Source of the DNA: Octopus vulgaris
Taxonomy: Eukaryota
NCBI GenBank assembly: GCA_951406725.2
Contig: OX597824.1
Location: 76,694,001-76,758,000 of the forward strand
Direction of reading: 5' to 3'
Length of the DNA stretch: 64,000 nt
Both the position numbers and the translations under genes were made by a program. Under the pieces are notes generated by a model that ran no database searches, was not told the origin of the DNA, and was given only the letters and a program-made list of their open reading frames with translations. Position 1 is the first letter of the stretch. Each line of letters begins with the position of its first letter. Positions 1 through 13,099 of the stretch are shown one piece after another.

Positions 1-1134
1 ATACTTTTATAAGCTTTTCCGATCATATGACAACAAAGTGTGACCTAAGGATTTCTTTGCTATTTCTATTAAATTAAGCGAATTCATTAAGACCGCCACC
101 TTAATTTGACCCGTCACAATTCTATATAGATTAAAATAGACTTAAACCCCAAAGTGTTTCAACTGTAATCTTCACATCTAATAATAATCGTACTAAACTT
201 ATTGGTGCTTCAATTGTGTACATGTGTATGCTAGTATATTTGTTTCCACTCAAGATAGAAGAGAACGTTATTTGTTTAAATCCATGTGAACCTTGAGCGA
301 GCAGACCGATAATTATAGGTATTTCAACCTTGATCATCCCCTCTTTTCGGCAGACATTTTCTAAGGTGGCCTTTATTTTACGATACTAAGGTGTATTTTG
401 AAAGAGGTTTCGTTGCTGTATCTAATGGCTCACGTGACATGCAGTCACTTCACCACCTTGGCCTGCACTCTCGTGTTTGTAAATGGTGAGTTGCGATTAG
501 CTTGTTGGCCGTTTGTTTGTTTAGCTGACTGGCTGGTTGGTTGGTTGGCTGGTGAAGCTGTTGAACTGTAGTGGTGTATGTATGTATGTATGTATGTGTG
601 TGTCTTTCGGAAGAGGTTATCTATTTGCCACAACCGGTTATAAAGAAAGTTGTCATTGGTGGTGGGGGTGGGCAGGATGGTAAAGCACGCTTCTGTAGAG
701 ATGTGATTGAAGTCAGTAAGATGGTGAAAACATTCATATCGCTTCAAGCTACAAACAACAATAATAATAGGCGCAAAAATGATAGGTGTAGAGGACAAGA
801 AGGGTAAACATACTTACAAGCGGAAGAACAAGAGCGCACATGCGCGCATACACACGAGGAAACACAGAGACTAATACATAGATGCTCATGAAATGGATAT
901 GTCTTTCTATATATATATGAGTGTATACATATTTCTGTATACAAATGCATATATATATATATGTATGCATGTATGTATATATATGTATATATGTATGTAT
1001 ATATATGCATGTATGTATGTATATATATATATATATATATGTAAATATGCATACATATATACATAAATATATGTAAATATATATGTATCTATATATACAC
1101 ACACATATATATATATACACATACATTCAATTTT

Positions 1135-1180
<46 letters not shown>

Positions 1181-1349
1181 CATATATACACTTACATGCG
1201 CACATACAGCCATAAAAACACATCCAAACTCATATGTTTATATTGCGCGCGTGTATGTTTGTGCGTGTCTGTGCTTGTGTGTGCGCGCCTGTGTGTGGAT
1301 TCTTGTATTTTTCATTGAACATACATTCAGGTAATTCATATGTATGTAC

Positions 1350-1396
<47 letters not shown>

Positions 1397-1718
1397 TGCA
1401 CTTAAGCTTTTGAAGTATGTACCTTTTAGTACGCATATTATTGTACATATTTGCATACGTGAGTGAATACACATGCGCTGGCTTGCGTGCCCGCTAGGTT
1501 AAAGTAAAAATCATTTATAAGAAAACTGTGTACAGAGCTTGTGTAATGGGCACGTGAAGGAAGCTTGGAGGAAATATGACAGTTTGTTTCATCTGTTTAA
1601 TGTTGACGGAGAGCTCGCTAAATATACAACGGGCCCGGAGAAAAAGTGCTGACATGCGCATCAATAACGTCTTCGGCATGATATGCACAATGTACCTGCA
1701 TACATATGTATATGTATG

Positions 1719-1751
<33 letters not shown>

Positions 1752-1875
1752 GTATATATATATGTTTATATATATACATATATATGGACACGCAAACACA
1801 CACACAATTATATATATATATATGTATATATATATGTATATATATATACATATATATGCACACGCAAACACACAC

Positions 1876-1911
<36 letters not shown>

Positions 1912-1938
1912 GGACATATATACACAATTATATATGTT

Positions 1939-1979
<41 letters not shown>

Positions 1980-2020
1980 ATATATATAGATATATATCTA
2001 TGTGTTTATATATATATATT

Positions 2021-2053
<33 letters not shown>

Positions 2054-2072
2054 GTATATACATACATACACG

Positions 2073-2116
<44 letters not shown>

Positions 2117-2611
2117 GCCCTCTTATTATTTTCAGGTACTTGACTTGAATGCGGTCACGTGCTGGTTGATCATAGTGACCATCATGACCACAATATTTAT
2201 TTATAAATGCGATGCTTATTTGAACGAACTTTGTTTATCGAACCTCTTACCGGATATGAACAAAATTTATACGAAACACCGGAAGCACGCACTCTGCCGA
2301 GCACACGCACACCTGCACGAGAAAGTTGTGTTTGTGTGTGTGTGTGCGTGTGTGTTTGAGAGAGAGAGAGAGAGAGAAAGAAAGAGAGAAAGAGAGAGAG
2401 AGAGAGAGAGAGTGACAGAAAGTGGGTGTGTGTGAATGCGTGTGTACGTATTTGCACGAATACGATTTCCTTGTCTTTCCGTTTTTTTTAAAAAATCTAC
2501 CTTTCGTTTGTTTCTACTCTCCTACCTTCGTACTAAATCTGTTTTACTATTTTCCATCTTTGGTTTTCCAGTCAATCTCCTTTCCCTTTTCTATGTCTAT
2601 ATCTCCCTCTT

Positions 2612-2890
2612 GTGGAGGCACAACGGCCCAGTGGTTAGGGCAGCGGACTCGCGGTCGTAGGATCGCGGTTTCGATTCCCAGACCGGGCGTTGTGTGTGTT
2701 TATTGAGCGAAAACACCTAAAAGCTCCACGAGGCTCCGGCAGGGGGTGATCCCTTTTGTACTCTTTCTTCTGTTGGCCTGCTCGCTTAGCCAGCGGGGTG
2801 GCGTCATTCGAAGGCTAAAACAATGCGAACGCATTGTGACCAGCGATGTGTAACTACATCTGATGGACTGGTCGGTCACATGATCACGTG
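2612..2890 (+). mobile_element. tRNA-derived SINE family C
   Basis: ggcccagtggttagg...gtttcgattcc A/B boxes. Related copies lie at about 20615-20865, 34385-34675, 36138-36410, 55370-55665 and 61200-61495. Confidence 0.82.
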
Positions 2891-3166
2891 ATATCTCCCT
2901 CTTGCCCTCCCTCTATTCCTCCTTTTCTTTCTCTTTCACACACATACACACAATCTCTTTCTGCGTTTACCTTCTTTTTCTCACCACCATAGTTCCTTTC
3001 TCTCTATCACTCTCGGTCTGCCTCTCATTACCTTTCTTTCAATCTTCCTCTCTCTTTCTCTGTCTTTCTCCCTTTTTCTCTCTCCCTCCCACTCTTTCCC
3101 CTTCTATTTCTCTCTCTCTCTCACTTTTTCTTTCCTTTTTTTTGTCCATGTCATTCACATGTTACC

Positions 3167-3725
3167 TATTTCTTTACTACCCGCAAGGGGCTAAACACAG
3201 AGAAGACAAACAAGGATAAACAAACGGGTTAAGTCGATTACATCGACCCCAGGGCGTAACTGGTACTTATTTATTCGACCCCGAAAGGATGAAAGGCAAA
3301 GTCGACCTCGGCAGAATTTGAACTCAGAACGTAGCGGCAGACGAAATACCTATTTCTTTACTACCCACAAGGGGCTAAACACAGAGGGGACAAACAAGGA
3401 CAGACAAATGGATTAAGTCGATTACATCGATCTCAGTGCGTAACTGGTACTTATTTAATCGACCCCGAAAGGTTGAAAGGCAAAGTCGACCTCGGCAGAA
3501 TTTGAACTCAGAACGTAGCGGCAGACGAAATACCTATTTCTTTACTAGCCACAAGGGGCTAAACACAGAGAGGACAAACAAGGACAGACAAATGGATTAA
3601 GTCGATTACATCGATCTCAGTGCGTAACTGGTACTTATCTACTCGACCCCGAAAGGATGAAAGGCAAAGTCGACCTCGGCGGAATTTGAACTCAGAACGT
3701 AGCGGCAGACGTACCGCTACGTCAG
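3167..3725 (-). mobile_element. tRNA-derived SINE family A, head-to-tail trimer
   Basis: Three units of about 184 bp inside one TSD tcacatgttacc (3155-3166 / 3726-3737). Confidence 0.9.
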
Positions 3726-3846
3726 TCACATGTTACCAATGTCTCTTTCACTTTCTGGTACCCTTAGAATCAGTAACAAAGGAACAATTTTGGCAGACTT
3801 GACTACTGTTGGCTATGGACACAATAGCTTATATTTTATTCAACTG

Positions 3847-4875
3847 AAGGTGGCGAGTTGGCGGAATCGAATTGCTTAGCGATATTTCGTCTAATGCTAA
3901 TTTCTGAGTTCAAATTCCGCCGAGCTCGACTTTGCCTTTTATCCTTTCGGGGTCGGTTAAATAAGTACCAATTACGCACTGGGGTAGATGTAATCGACTT
4001 GCTCCTTTCGTCTGTCCTTATTTTCCCCCTCTAAGTTTAGCCCCTTGAGTGCAATAAAAAATAAATTGCTAATATTTTATTTAAATGAAAACGGCGAGTT
4101 GGCGAAATCAGTAGCATGCTGGGCAAAATGCTTAGCGTCTTTACATTATGAGTTCAAATCCCACCAAGGTCGAATTTGTCTTTCATGCTTTCGGGTTCAA
4201 TACAATAAGTACAAGTTGAACACTGAGGTTGATTTAATTGACTTACTCAATCGCTAAAATTACTGGCCTTGTGCCAAAATTTGAAAACACTATTTCTTTA
4301 AATGCAGGTGGTGAGCTGGAGGAATCGTTAACACACTGGGTGATATGCTTATCGGAATTTCGTCCGCCTTTACTTTCTGAGTTCAAATTGCATTGAGTCC
4401 AACTTTGCCCTTCATTTTTTTTCTTTTTTTTTTTGGTAGGGGTATATAAAATAAGTACTAGTTGAGTACTGGGATCGGCATAATTGACTTACTCAGTCCT
4501 TTAAATTGTTGGCCTTGTGCCAAAATTTGAAGTTAGTATTTCATTTAAATGAAGAATATATATTGTGATTGGTGTTCACATACGGTAACGGACAAATATA
4601 AGCCCCCTTATTTTTCTTCTTAACAAGAAATTAGCTGAGAATAATGTTTCCATCATAATCCTTTCTACTATAGGCATAAGACCTGAAATTTGGGGGAAGG
4701 GGGATAGTCGATTGCATCGACGCCAGTACTCAACTGGTACTAATTTTATCGACTCAGAAAGGATGAAAGGCAATGTCGACCTTCGGTGGAATTTGAGCTC
4801 AGAACATGAAAACAAATGAAATGTCGCTAAGTATTTTTTCAGGCGCAGTTACGATTCTACCCGCTCACCGCCTTG
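3847..4875. mobile_element. Cluster of four older SINE family A copies
   Basis: ggcgagctggc...gagttcaaattcc B-box-like heads at about 3847, 4091 and 4307 (+) and 4655-4875 (-). Further copies lie at about 29320, 29566, 35552, 42520, 50525, 51977, 53745, 54052 and 60165, several with TSDs. Confidence 0.85.
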
Positions 4876-5214
4876 ATGTTTCCATCATAATGCCACTTAA
4901 AAAGGGACTAGCATCTTGCGCACATTTTGACCTAGTTTGCCAATAAAATTCACATCAATCAAGTAGATTCCATTACATCTAAAAAAAAAAACACTTGCAG
5001 ACCCACGCACAGAGAAAGAGCGCCTCAGTATTGCTAAAAGATGCGTGAGCATGGCCCCGGGGTTAAAACGCTCAATATACAATGAAATGGTTTGGTGTTC
5101 AGTCCCACCGCATGACGCCTTGATCAAATATTTTCTAACATAGCCCCGAGATGACTAATACTTTCCTTGTGAGTGGACTTGATAAACACTAAAACAGTGT
5201 GAAAACCCTTTGTA

Positions 5215-5299
<85 letters not shown>

Positions 5300-5431
5300 C
5301 GTGACGTATATTTGCCATTTAAATATAGCTAACCGCTGAGGGTGGATGCTACTGTAGTTTGTAGCCCCAGGAGGACACCTCCTCCAGCTGGCTTTAGACA
5401 CACTTATAACTCGCTTTAAGATTTATTATTG

Positions 5432-5479
<48 letters not shown>

Positions 5480-5957
5480 CACGTGCAAAACGCCCCCAGT
5501 GTTTTCTTTTCATTAAAAAATAATTAAGCATGCCTTTATTTCAATTAAATTTTGGGTTTTGTTAAACGAAGTTGAGGAAAAAAAAACCTTCTTGAGAAAC
5601 CAAATAGTCTTTCCTTCCTTCATGCCAAGTTTGAAGAAAATATCTCGTTTGCATCTTACTTTTTTGGTATCTTAAATATATTGCATTTTGTGGCATTATT
5701 TCAAGCCAGCCGGGGTTTTTTTTTGCGCTAACTCCACGTGCATTTTTCTGACACAAGTAAATGAGTAACAGAGTAAAAGAGTACTATTAAAATGGTGTGA
5801 ACGCTCCAGTCTCAGCTCAAGTACAGGGATAACCTTGTCGAAGGTTTCAAGCATCAAGTTCAACCGATGTATCTCGACATGGAAATAGGGTAAGGAGGCT
5901 TAGCGTATGATGGGATAGACGTGTTCTATGCGCTTACGAAATTCTGCGTTATGTGCA

Positions 5958-6002
<45 letters not shown>

Positions 6003-6237
6003 AAGAGAGAGACAGAGACAGAGACAGATAGATTCAAAATTTTCCATATTTTAGTAGTGAAATATGAAAACACAAAGCTTAGAATTTAACTGGAATTAAG
6101 TTACCATATGAAACCGTAAATGGAGCTAAGAAAGAATTACGTAAACAGAAGAAGCTAATTTATCTTAATTTCTGTTATATAACTGGCATTAACAGTGGGT
6201 AGGTACTACACGGAAGGAAAACAACATGTATCTGTAT

Positions 6238-6294
<57 letters not shown>

Positions 6295-6393
6295 GTTAAT
6301 CCAAACAAGAAAGCACAAAAAAACACAACGACGCGAGGACGTGGAACAAATATAGTATTATTGGACGCTCAGGAAAGAAGGAAAGAAGGAGGG

Positions 6394-6426
6394 TTTAACG
6401 TTTCGAGCGGAGCTCTTCGTCGAAAA
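6394..6426 (-). ncRNA. Hammerhead-like variant (UCGACGA core) in a TA-embedded insert at about 6293-6484
   Basis: uuu-UCGACGA-agagc ucc gcuc-GAAA-cgu-UA-aa; stem II intact, core positions 3-4 non-canonical. Confidence 0.45.
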
Positions 6427-6483
6427 CATAGGAGAAGTAAAGATCCAGAGAAGGGAAGACAGAGGAAAAAAATCGCCAACGGT

Positions 6484-6514
<31 letters not shown>

Positions 6515-6669
6515 CATATGTATATGTATATGTATATATATGTATGTATATATGTATTTAAGAGTGTTTGTGTGTATATATATATATATATAGTGGGATG
6601 TGTAAATGGTCCCCATTTTATAAGTTTAAATTCGTGCACGCGCATTCTTTGTTTTTTAGTTAGTCGACT

Positions 6670-7370
6670 TCACAGTATAGTAGGGTCAGCTGGGCACCAT
6701 CATGCAATTCATTCTGCAAGAAGCTTGGAAACGACATGCTGTATAGCTTGAAATTCGCGCTGGAAGCTCCAATACGTATATTTCAGAATGTTTGGATGTC
6801 AATCTGAGGACAATGCAATCTGAAGACATGTACCGAGAGTGATAAAAATTAAACATCCAGTCAACATCATGGTGTTTGGAATGATCACTAGTGATGGCGA
6901 CGTTATGCCTCCATTTATATCCCACACGGCCTCATATTCATCCAGTGCCTAGAGATAGTGCTGCCCTAGGTTAGATGGTGGCTGCCGGAAGATCCTATGT
7001 CTGGCAACAGAACCCTGCAGGATGCCACACAAGCAGGAGAATCATGGCTGTCAGAAAATATCTGCGACAACATCGACCCTAACATCTGGCTACCTAACTT
7101 CCCAGACTGCAATCCCCTTGATTATTATGTGTGGGGTGCAGTTAAGCGAGAGACAAACAAAACTCTTTCAAACACCAAAGATGGGCTGAAGGTATTCCGA
7201 AGTCGTCTGGAGGCCGTGGTTGAAGCCAATAACAACTTTTTGAATAAATTTACTCTTTATATTTCAAGTTATTTTTATGTAACTTTGGTAAATATATCCG
7301 TTAATATGAGATGTCAGTGTTATTTTCATTTTTGCGTAATTTAGGTGAGAGTTTATTCACCGCACCTGCA
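6670..7370 (+). mobile_element. Tc1/mariner (maT/DD37D-like) transposase 3' fragment
   Basis: WLPNFPDCNPLDYYVWGAV motif; ends ttattcaccgcacctgca into TA. Confidence 0.7.
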
Positions 7371-7541
7371 TATATATATATATATATATATATATTAAAC
7401 ATGAATTAGATATATGTATATGCGATTCATAACACCATTTAAATTAGTTGGAGTAGATATATGATATATGTGAAAACAGAAAACATTAATGCTGACATAT
7501 AAGTATATATGTATATGTGCAGGTAGATATTATTAATGCTT

Positions 7542-7583
<42 letters not shown>

Positions 7584-7590
7584 TATACAT

Positions 7591-8240
7591 ATATAAATAC
7601 AGTGTACATTTAAACATCTAAGAAGCATCCATCATAGGACTCCTTGCATGCTAGAGAGAACAGTTAAATTCCAAACCACTATTAGGGATAAAATTTCGAA
7701 GGGAATGAAAAATAAAAATATTCACCATCTAACTCCTGGACCAATGGTTTCAGACATTTTTTTAGCAAATAAAATAATTTGCTAGGCGAAGTCTTCTTCA
7801 GCAGGTCCACCTTAGATTAAAAATATATACACGAGGCAATCCAGTTTATGACCTGTGCTTACACATTCTAATTTTTCAAATCTACCACGCAAGCGCAGCT
7901 CCTTGTCGGCAGTAAATAGAAATGCTGGCTTTTCAATTCGAAAATTATCCAGAAAAAATTATCAATAATTAATAATATCAAAGGGTAATCAGAAATAATA
8001 AAAATTCCCATTACCAGTGGCCTAGCGTGTAAAAATTACAATGGCCTAAATGTAAAAATGTTTTTTATTTTTCATTCCTTTCGAAATTTTATCCCTAATA
8101 GTGGTTTGGAAATTAACTGTTCTCTCTAGCGTGCAAGGAGTCTTATGATAGATACCTCTTAGGTGTTTAAATGTATACTGTATTTATATAAATAATATAA
8201 AGTCTATTGACTAAACTTTTACACGCTAGGCCACTGGTAC
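7591..8240 (-). mobile_element. Hammerhead-bearing non-autonomous PLE/pLTR unit with an inverted partial copy
   Basis: About 130-bp inverted repeat 7591-7720 vs about 8060-8190, and 8012-8035 inverted at about 8217-8240. Starts in a TA tract. Related fragments lie at about 28170-28330 and 39483-39700. Confidence 0.65.
7735..7805 (-). ncRNA. Type I hammerhead ribozyme
   Basis: ccug-CUGAAGA-agac[...uagcaaau...auuugcua...]gucu-GAAA-ccauugg-UC-cagg; all three stems pair. Confidence 0.85.
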
Positions 8241-8747
8241 GGTATGTATTCAATAACTGGTGGATCCCGTATACTCTTTTACTCTTTTACTTGTTCCATC
8301 ATTTGACTGCGGCCATGCTGGAGCACCACCTTTAGTCGAGCAAGTCGACCCCAGTAAGCCTAGTACTTATTCTATCACTCTCCTTTGCTGAACTGCTAAG
8401 TTACGAGGACGTAAACACACCACCGTCGGTTGTCAAGCGATGGTAGGGGGACAAACACAGACACACAAACATATACACACATATATATATATATATATAT
8501 ATACGACGGGCTTCTTTCAGTGTCCATCTACCAAATCCACTCACAAGGCTTTGGTCGGCCTGATGCTATAGTAGAAGACACTTGCCCAAAGTTCCACGCA
8601 GTGGCACCTTGGGCAAGTGTCTTCTACTATGCAATTTACATATGTTCTACAATTTACGTATGTTCAATCCAGGACAGTCATATGTATGTATGTATGTATG
8701 TATGTATGTTTGTATGTAAGTGGGTATGTATGTAAGTATGTATGTCA

Positions 8748-9298
8748 GGTCACTTTCGAGTGCTACTGGTAACATGTAACTCAGTACAACCTGTTGCATG
8801 GTCGGGTCGTCGGCGACTAAACCGGCAACCCCACAAAGCTTGCTCGGTGAGGAGGGTGTTTATTGGACACCCTGCGGGATGAAAAACAAAACCCGTCAAA
8901 GGGCGGAGCAACTCTTGAGAGTCAACGGCCATCCAATAAATGTCTTAAGGTTGTATCATGCGCGGGGACATAGAAATAATCGGACTGAATATCCGATCGC
9001 GTGGTTAAGCCATTGGGAGTGAAGGACTCCTAGCCTTTGTCAGGGCATCCTTCTAGGAGAAGGTAACTCAGGTAACTGGGATAACTCCGACATAAAACCT
9101 GCGGCTCAGTGGTTACCGATGATGTTGACTTGTTCTTCTTTTCGGATTATGGCTGCTGTTGCTTAGTGAGTGGGATTGACTCAGTGCACAGCCTTTCCTC
9201 ACTTTAAAAAAAATCTTCTTGCATAGGCATTGCACGATAACAACATTGATTAGGCTTCGTGCAATGGACATACTTGATAACTAGGGAGCAGCCACCAT
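8748..9298 (+). mobile_element. Non-autonomous element resembling an RTE 5' UTR
   Basis: GC-richer block containing gggcatccttctaggagaaggtaactc. Its terminal about 70 bp, with hairpin cattgcac...gtgcaatg, repeats at about 9564-9633. Confidence 0.45.
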
Positions 9299-9302
9299 GC
9301 TT

Positions 9303-9382
<80 letters not shown>

Positions 9383-10244
9383 GTGTGTATATATGGATTA
9401 CACACATGCACGCTCACACACACACACACACAAATATATATATTCATAAAGAAATGTATGTGTGTTGGGGAGCATGTATACACGCACACACTCACTGTGT
9501 AATGGAATAAAGACCCCATTTGGTCACGTTTGACCACAGGATTCGACCTAGAAAGTTTCAATCCATTGCACGATAACAACATTGATTAAGCTTGGTGCAA
9601 TGGTTATACTCGACAACGAAGGGGCAGCCACAATAGATGTATGTCTACAGTTTAGCTCCAATTTACGTTACTAAATGTTTTCACAGTCGCAAAAAGCACG
9701 TCTGGTCATTTCAACACTTTTGCTACTCAGTGTTAAAGTGACCAAAATGTCTGACACAAAAGAGGAGAGAAAGCGGGGGAAAGAAAGGCAGATTAAGAGA
9801 GGTCAAAGCGAATGGCAAAAGGGTAAGAATACATTCGTATATGAGCGTGTGTATGTATCTATGTGTGCTTGCGTGCGTCCGTGTGTCCGTGTGTCCGTGT
9901 TTCCGTGCGTCCGTGCGTGCGTGTAAGGAAAAAGAATGAGAAGAGAGACAGGCGAGCGATTATTAATTGTAAGTGCTCTGTGTTTCATGTGTTTAGAAGA
10001 GGTGGAATCTATTAATGAGTTAAAATTGTCTCGATAGTATATTCTGAGAATGATGAAACGTGGCAAACTGCTTCGGCATCCAATTGAATTAAAAGGACAG
10101 ACCAATATGTTTAACGATTACGATACCTTTAACAATCTTGATTGCAGTTCAATGACGTTAATTAATCAGTTAATCGTTAATTAAATCAAACACATCAAAT
10201 CTGCCAGTGCGAGAAAAGAGACGAATTAACAACTGCCACCATCA

Positions 10245-10581
10245 ATAATGTAGTAGTAATAGTGGTGGTGGTGGTGTTGGTGGTAGTGGTTGTGGTGTGG
10301 AGGTAGTGGTGGTGTTGGTGTTGGTAGCAGTTATAGTGGGTATAGTAGTAGTAGTAGTAGTGGTAATGGTGGTTGCTTTGGTGATGGTGGTGGTGACGAC
10401 AGCTGCAGTAGCAGCAGCAGTTGTAGTAATAGTAGTAGTAGTAGTAGTAGTTTGTGATGGTGGTGGTGGTGTTTGTGGTAGTTGTGGTGTTGGTGTTGGC
10501 AGCAGTAATAGTGGGTGTAGTAGTAATAGTATTAGTAGTGGTGGTTGCTTTGGTGATGGTGGTGGTGGCAGCAGCAGCTGC

Positions 10582-10627
<46 letters not shown>

Positions 10628-10702
10628 ATGGTGGTGGTGGCGGCGGCGGCGGCGGCGGCGGTGGTGGTGCTGGTGGTGGTGGTGGTGGTGGTGGCGGTAG
10701 TG
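10245..10702. repeat. Compound trinucleotide tract (GTA/GTG/GCA/GGC)
   Basis: Seen directly; includes an internal duplication of about 100 bp. Confidence 0.9.
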
Positions 10703-11518
10703 GCCATTGTCGTTTCTTAAATCTAAATCTGAATTAGTTCTACCCGAATCGACGTATTTAGATAAGCAGTAGGTACTTGTTATTGTTGTTATTGTTGTTG
10801 TCGTTGTTGTTTAGTGTCAGGTCAGTTTTGATCAAGCTGACATAGCTATTAATCAATGGCGTTCCGGTTGCGACTATCCCGTCGACTTTAGTTCAACTTT
10901 AAGTTCATCGAAGAATACATCGTCCTATGCGTCAGTTTACATTTGAGTCTATAACGTGATGTGAGGGTAACTTAGCTGCTATTTCTTGCGTTTGGCTCAC
11001 AAAATATTGTTGCTGTATTTGTTTATTGTTGTTGGTGATGATAGCGATTGTGTAGTTGTTGTTGTTTCAGCTGAGGTTGTTGTTGTAGTCGTGATTATAG
11101 CGTTTGTTATTATTGTAGGTGTTTATGTTCTGCTGTGGTAGCTGTTGAGTGCTGTTGTCTTCACTACAGTGGTAGCTACAGCAGTCGTTCAAGAATTTGG
11201 ACCAGGAGATCTCCATTTCCAGCGACTGGTGTGGGGCGTCAACGAAGAGCCCTCGACTACAAGACGACCAAAGTTTTTTTTTTCCAAGGTCTGGGGTCTC
11301 CCGCCCCTAAGCCTTAGACCATCACCTAATCACCCTTACCCGTATTGTTGCTTAACAAGTACAACAACAACAACAACAGCAGCAGCAGTAGTAGTTGTAG
11401 TAGCAGTAGCAGCAGCAGGTGCAGTTGTCGTTGTAGTAGAGTTATGAAGATAAGCTGTTGTTATTTTTGTATAGTACTATCCGTGACCAACACGTATTGC
11501 TTTCAAGCACCTCATATC

Positions 11519-11956
11519 TTGGAGTAAAGATTCTTTACCAACATAACATGGCAGTCCTGGTTTAGGATGAATGTTGCTGTAATTTAGTCCCAGGGGACAT
11601 CGTCTCCAGCTGGCTATACTACACGATCCGTATCCTTATATTTTGGAACAAGGGAATCTAGCACCCCCACCCAGTTCAAAATGATATCTGTGTACCACAA
11701 TTTCAGGGTTATTTTCCTTCATCAGCACAGAATAATTGTTCGACTAGTGGTGGCGTTGCCAAATTCCAGTTCGAAATATATAGTTTTCAAAGTGACAACT
11801 AGTCACTGATTTATAAATTAGAAGATTACTATTTTTAAATCTCAGAAAATTCGTCCTAAACCAGAACCACAATGCTATGTTGGCAAACAATCTTTACTCC
11901 AAAGTACTGTTGCTGAATATCTCTCGTTGTGAGATTTAAAAATAGTAATTTTCTAA
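11519..11956 (-). mobile_element. Retrozyme/pLTR-like unit (hammerhead plus conserved hairpin motif) with an inverted terminal segment
   Basis: Homologous in opposite orientation to about 30312-30596. Segment 11872-11956 is inverted relative to 11519-11550 and 11818-11846. Confidence 0.7.
11688..11730 (-). ncRNA. Type I hammerhead ribozyme
   Basis: cugug-CUGAUGA-agg aaaauaac ccu-GAAA-uugugg-UA-cacag; perfect 5-bp stem I. Confidence 0.85.
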
Positions 11957-12682
11957 CCTCATATCTTGTTCGATCCAGTTCGAGCCAGTGGCTTCTGGAA
12001 GTAAATTCTACAACAAAATGATAATATAGCCAAAATAATTCCAAGGAACAAAAACACCAGACTAGCACGTTTGAGATGCTGGATTGATCACTGAATTTTT
12101 TTGTGCATGTAAGGAGTTGTACCGAATTGTATTACCATTATCATTCACGGCCGACCTTCTTCTCCGCTTCATGAGTACTGATTAGTAATAAGCTAATTAT
12201 TTCAAGTGCTTATGTAGTCGCTAGCAGATATGGATCATACACTCGGGAGTCGTACCCTTGTCTCAGCGGCACAAACAGGATGTGACAGAAGAAGGGGCTA
12301 CATCAACACACCGGTTGATACTTATTTTAAGCTTAGACAGTAGCAACGGGAAATGAAATACCTTGGTCAAAGACAAAACATGCCGCCCCATTAAGGAATC
12401 GAAACTAGGACTGTATGATCGTGTGTCAGACGCCTTAACCACCAGGCCAAACACCTTCACTTTTGATAAATTATGTAAGACGTGATATGATGAAGAATTA
12501 GCTGCCATTAAGGGCTGTTCGAATGACAACATATATATTTCGTTGTAGGCTGTTGGGAAAGAGATTTTTTCTTTCAATTGTGGTGTTGTAGGAATGGCAT
12601 TGTGGTAAAACAATACAAGCGCATGCACGGCTTAGTAATTAGAATTGGGTTCTATTCTACTGCGTGAAAACATAAGAAAGTC

Positions 12683-13099
12683 GGATCTTTTCAGTTTGAA
12701 CGGCAGTTTTTAACATAATTTCTAGGTAACTAAAAAATTTTAAACTTCGTATACTGATAGAATGTGTTTATAAAACATCTTTTTCTCTTGGCTTTATTGA
12801 GAAAATTCTATAGTTTGTAAGATATTTGTTGTTGTTTTTTCTTTAATTTCTGCAATTTCAACCAATCAGTGACGTCTATTGAGTTAAAAAGCATTCTGTG
12901 CCGTAGGAATATGTCCCTCGTTTAAGAAACAGATTGGGTTTATTTACATTTGTGAAGAAAAAAAGATACCCTTCCCCCACCCCTAACCCTAACCCTAAAA
13001 GAGATTGAAATGCAATAAATCGATTCTGGGGTCATAATTATGGGTGACAATTTCATATGACACCGCTAGAAAAAACTGCCGTTCAAACCGAAAAGAACC
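12683..13099. mobile_element. MITE with about 29-bp TIRs, a near-perfect 8-bp TSD and internal (CCCTAA)3
   Basis: ggatcttttcagtttgaacggcagttttt / aaaaactgccgttcaaaccgaaaagaacc; flanks agaaagtc / agaaagtt. Confidence 0.82.

Noticed and set aside
571-807. ORF/exon candidate (VIYLPQPVIKKVVIGGGGG...) ending at a GT donor-like site
   Set aside because: It begins in a microsatellite and has no recognisable domain, clear acceptor or partner exons.
744-2143. Numerous long [12 protein letters not shown] ORFs, and poly-amino-acid ORFs elsewhere (10195-10737, 31102-31742, 40811-41756, 60204-60489)
   Set aside because: They are translations of simple repeats that lack stop codons.
2615-2690. tRNA genes at SINE heads
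   Set aside because: A/B boxes are present but continue into SINE bodies without a proper acceptor stem; they are multi-copy and diverged.
11538-11615. Conserved hairpin motif as a twister or HDV-like ribozyme
   Set aside because: By eye I could not form twister P2/T1 or the HDV nested double pseudoknot on either strand, so it is left as an unknown motif.
12981-12998. Telomere or chromosome fusion site
   Set aside because: Only three hexamers, located inside a TIR element.
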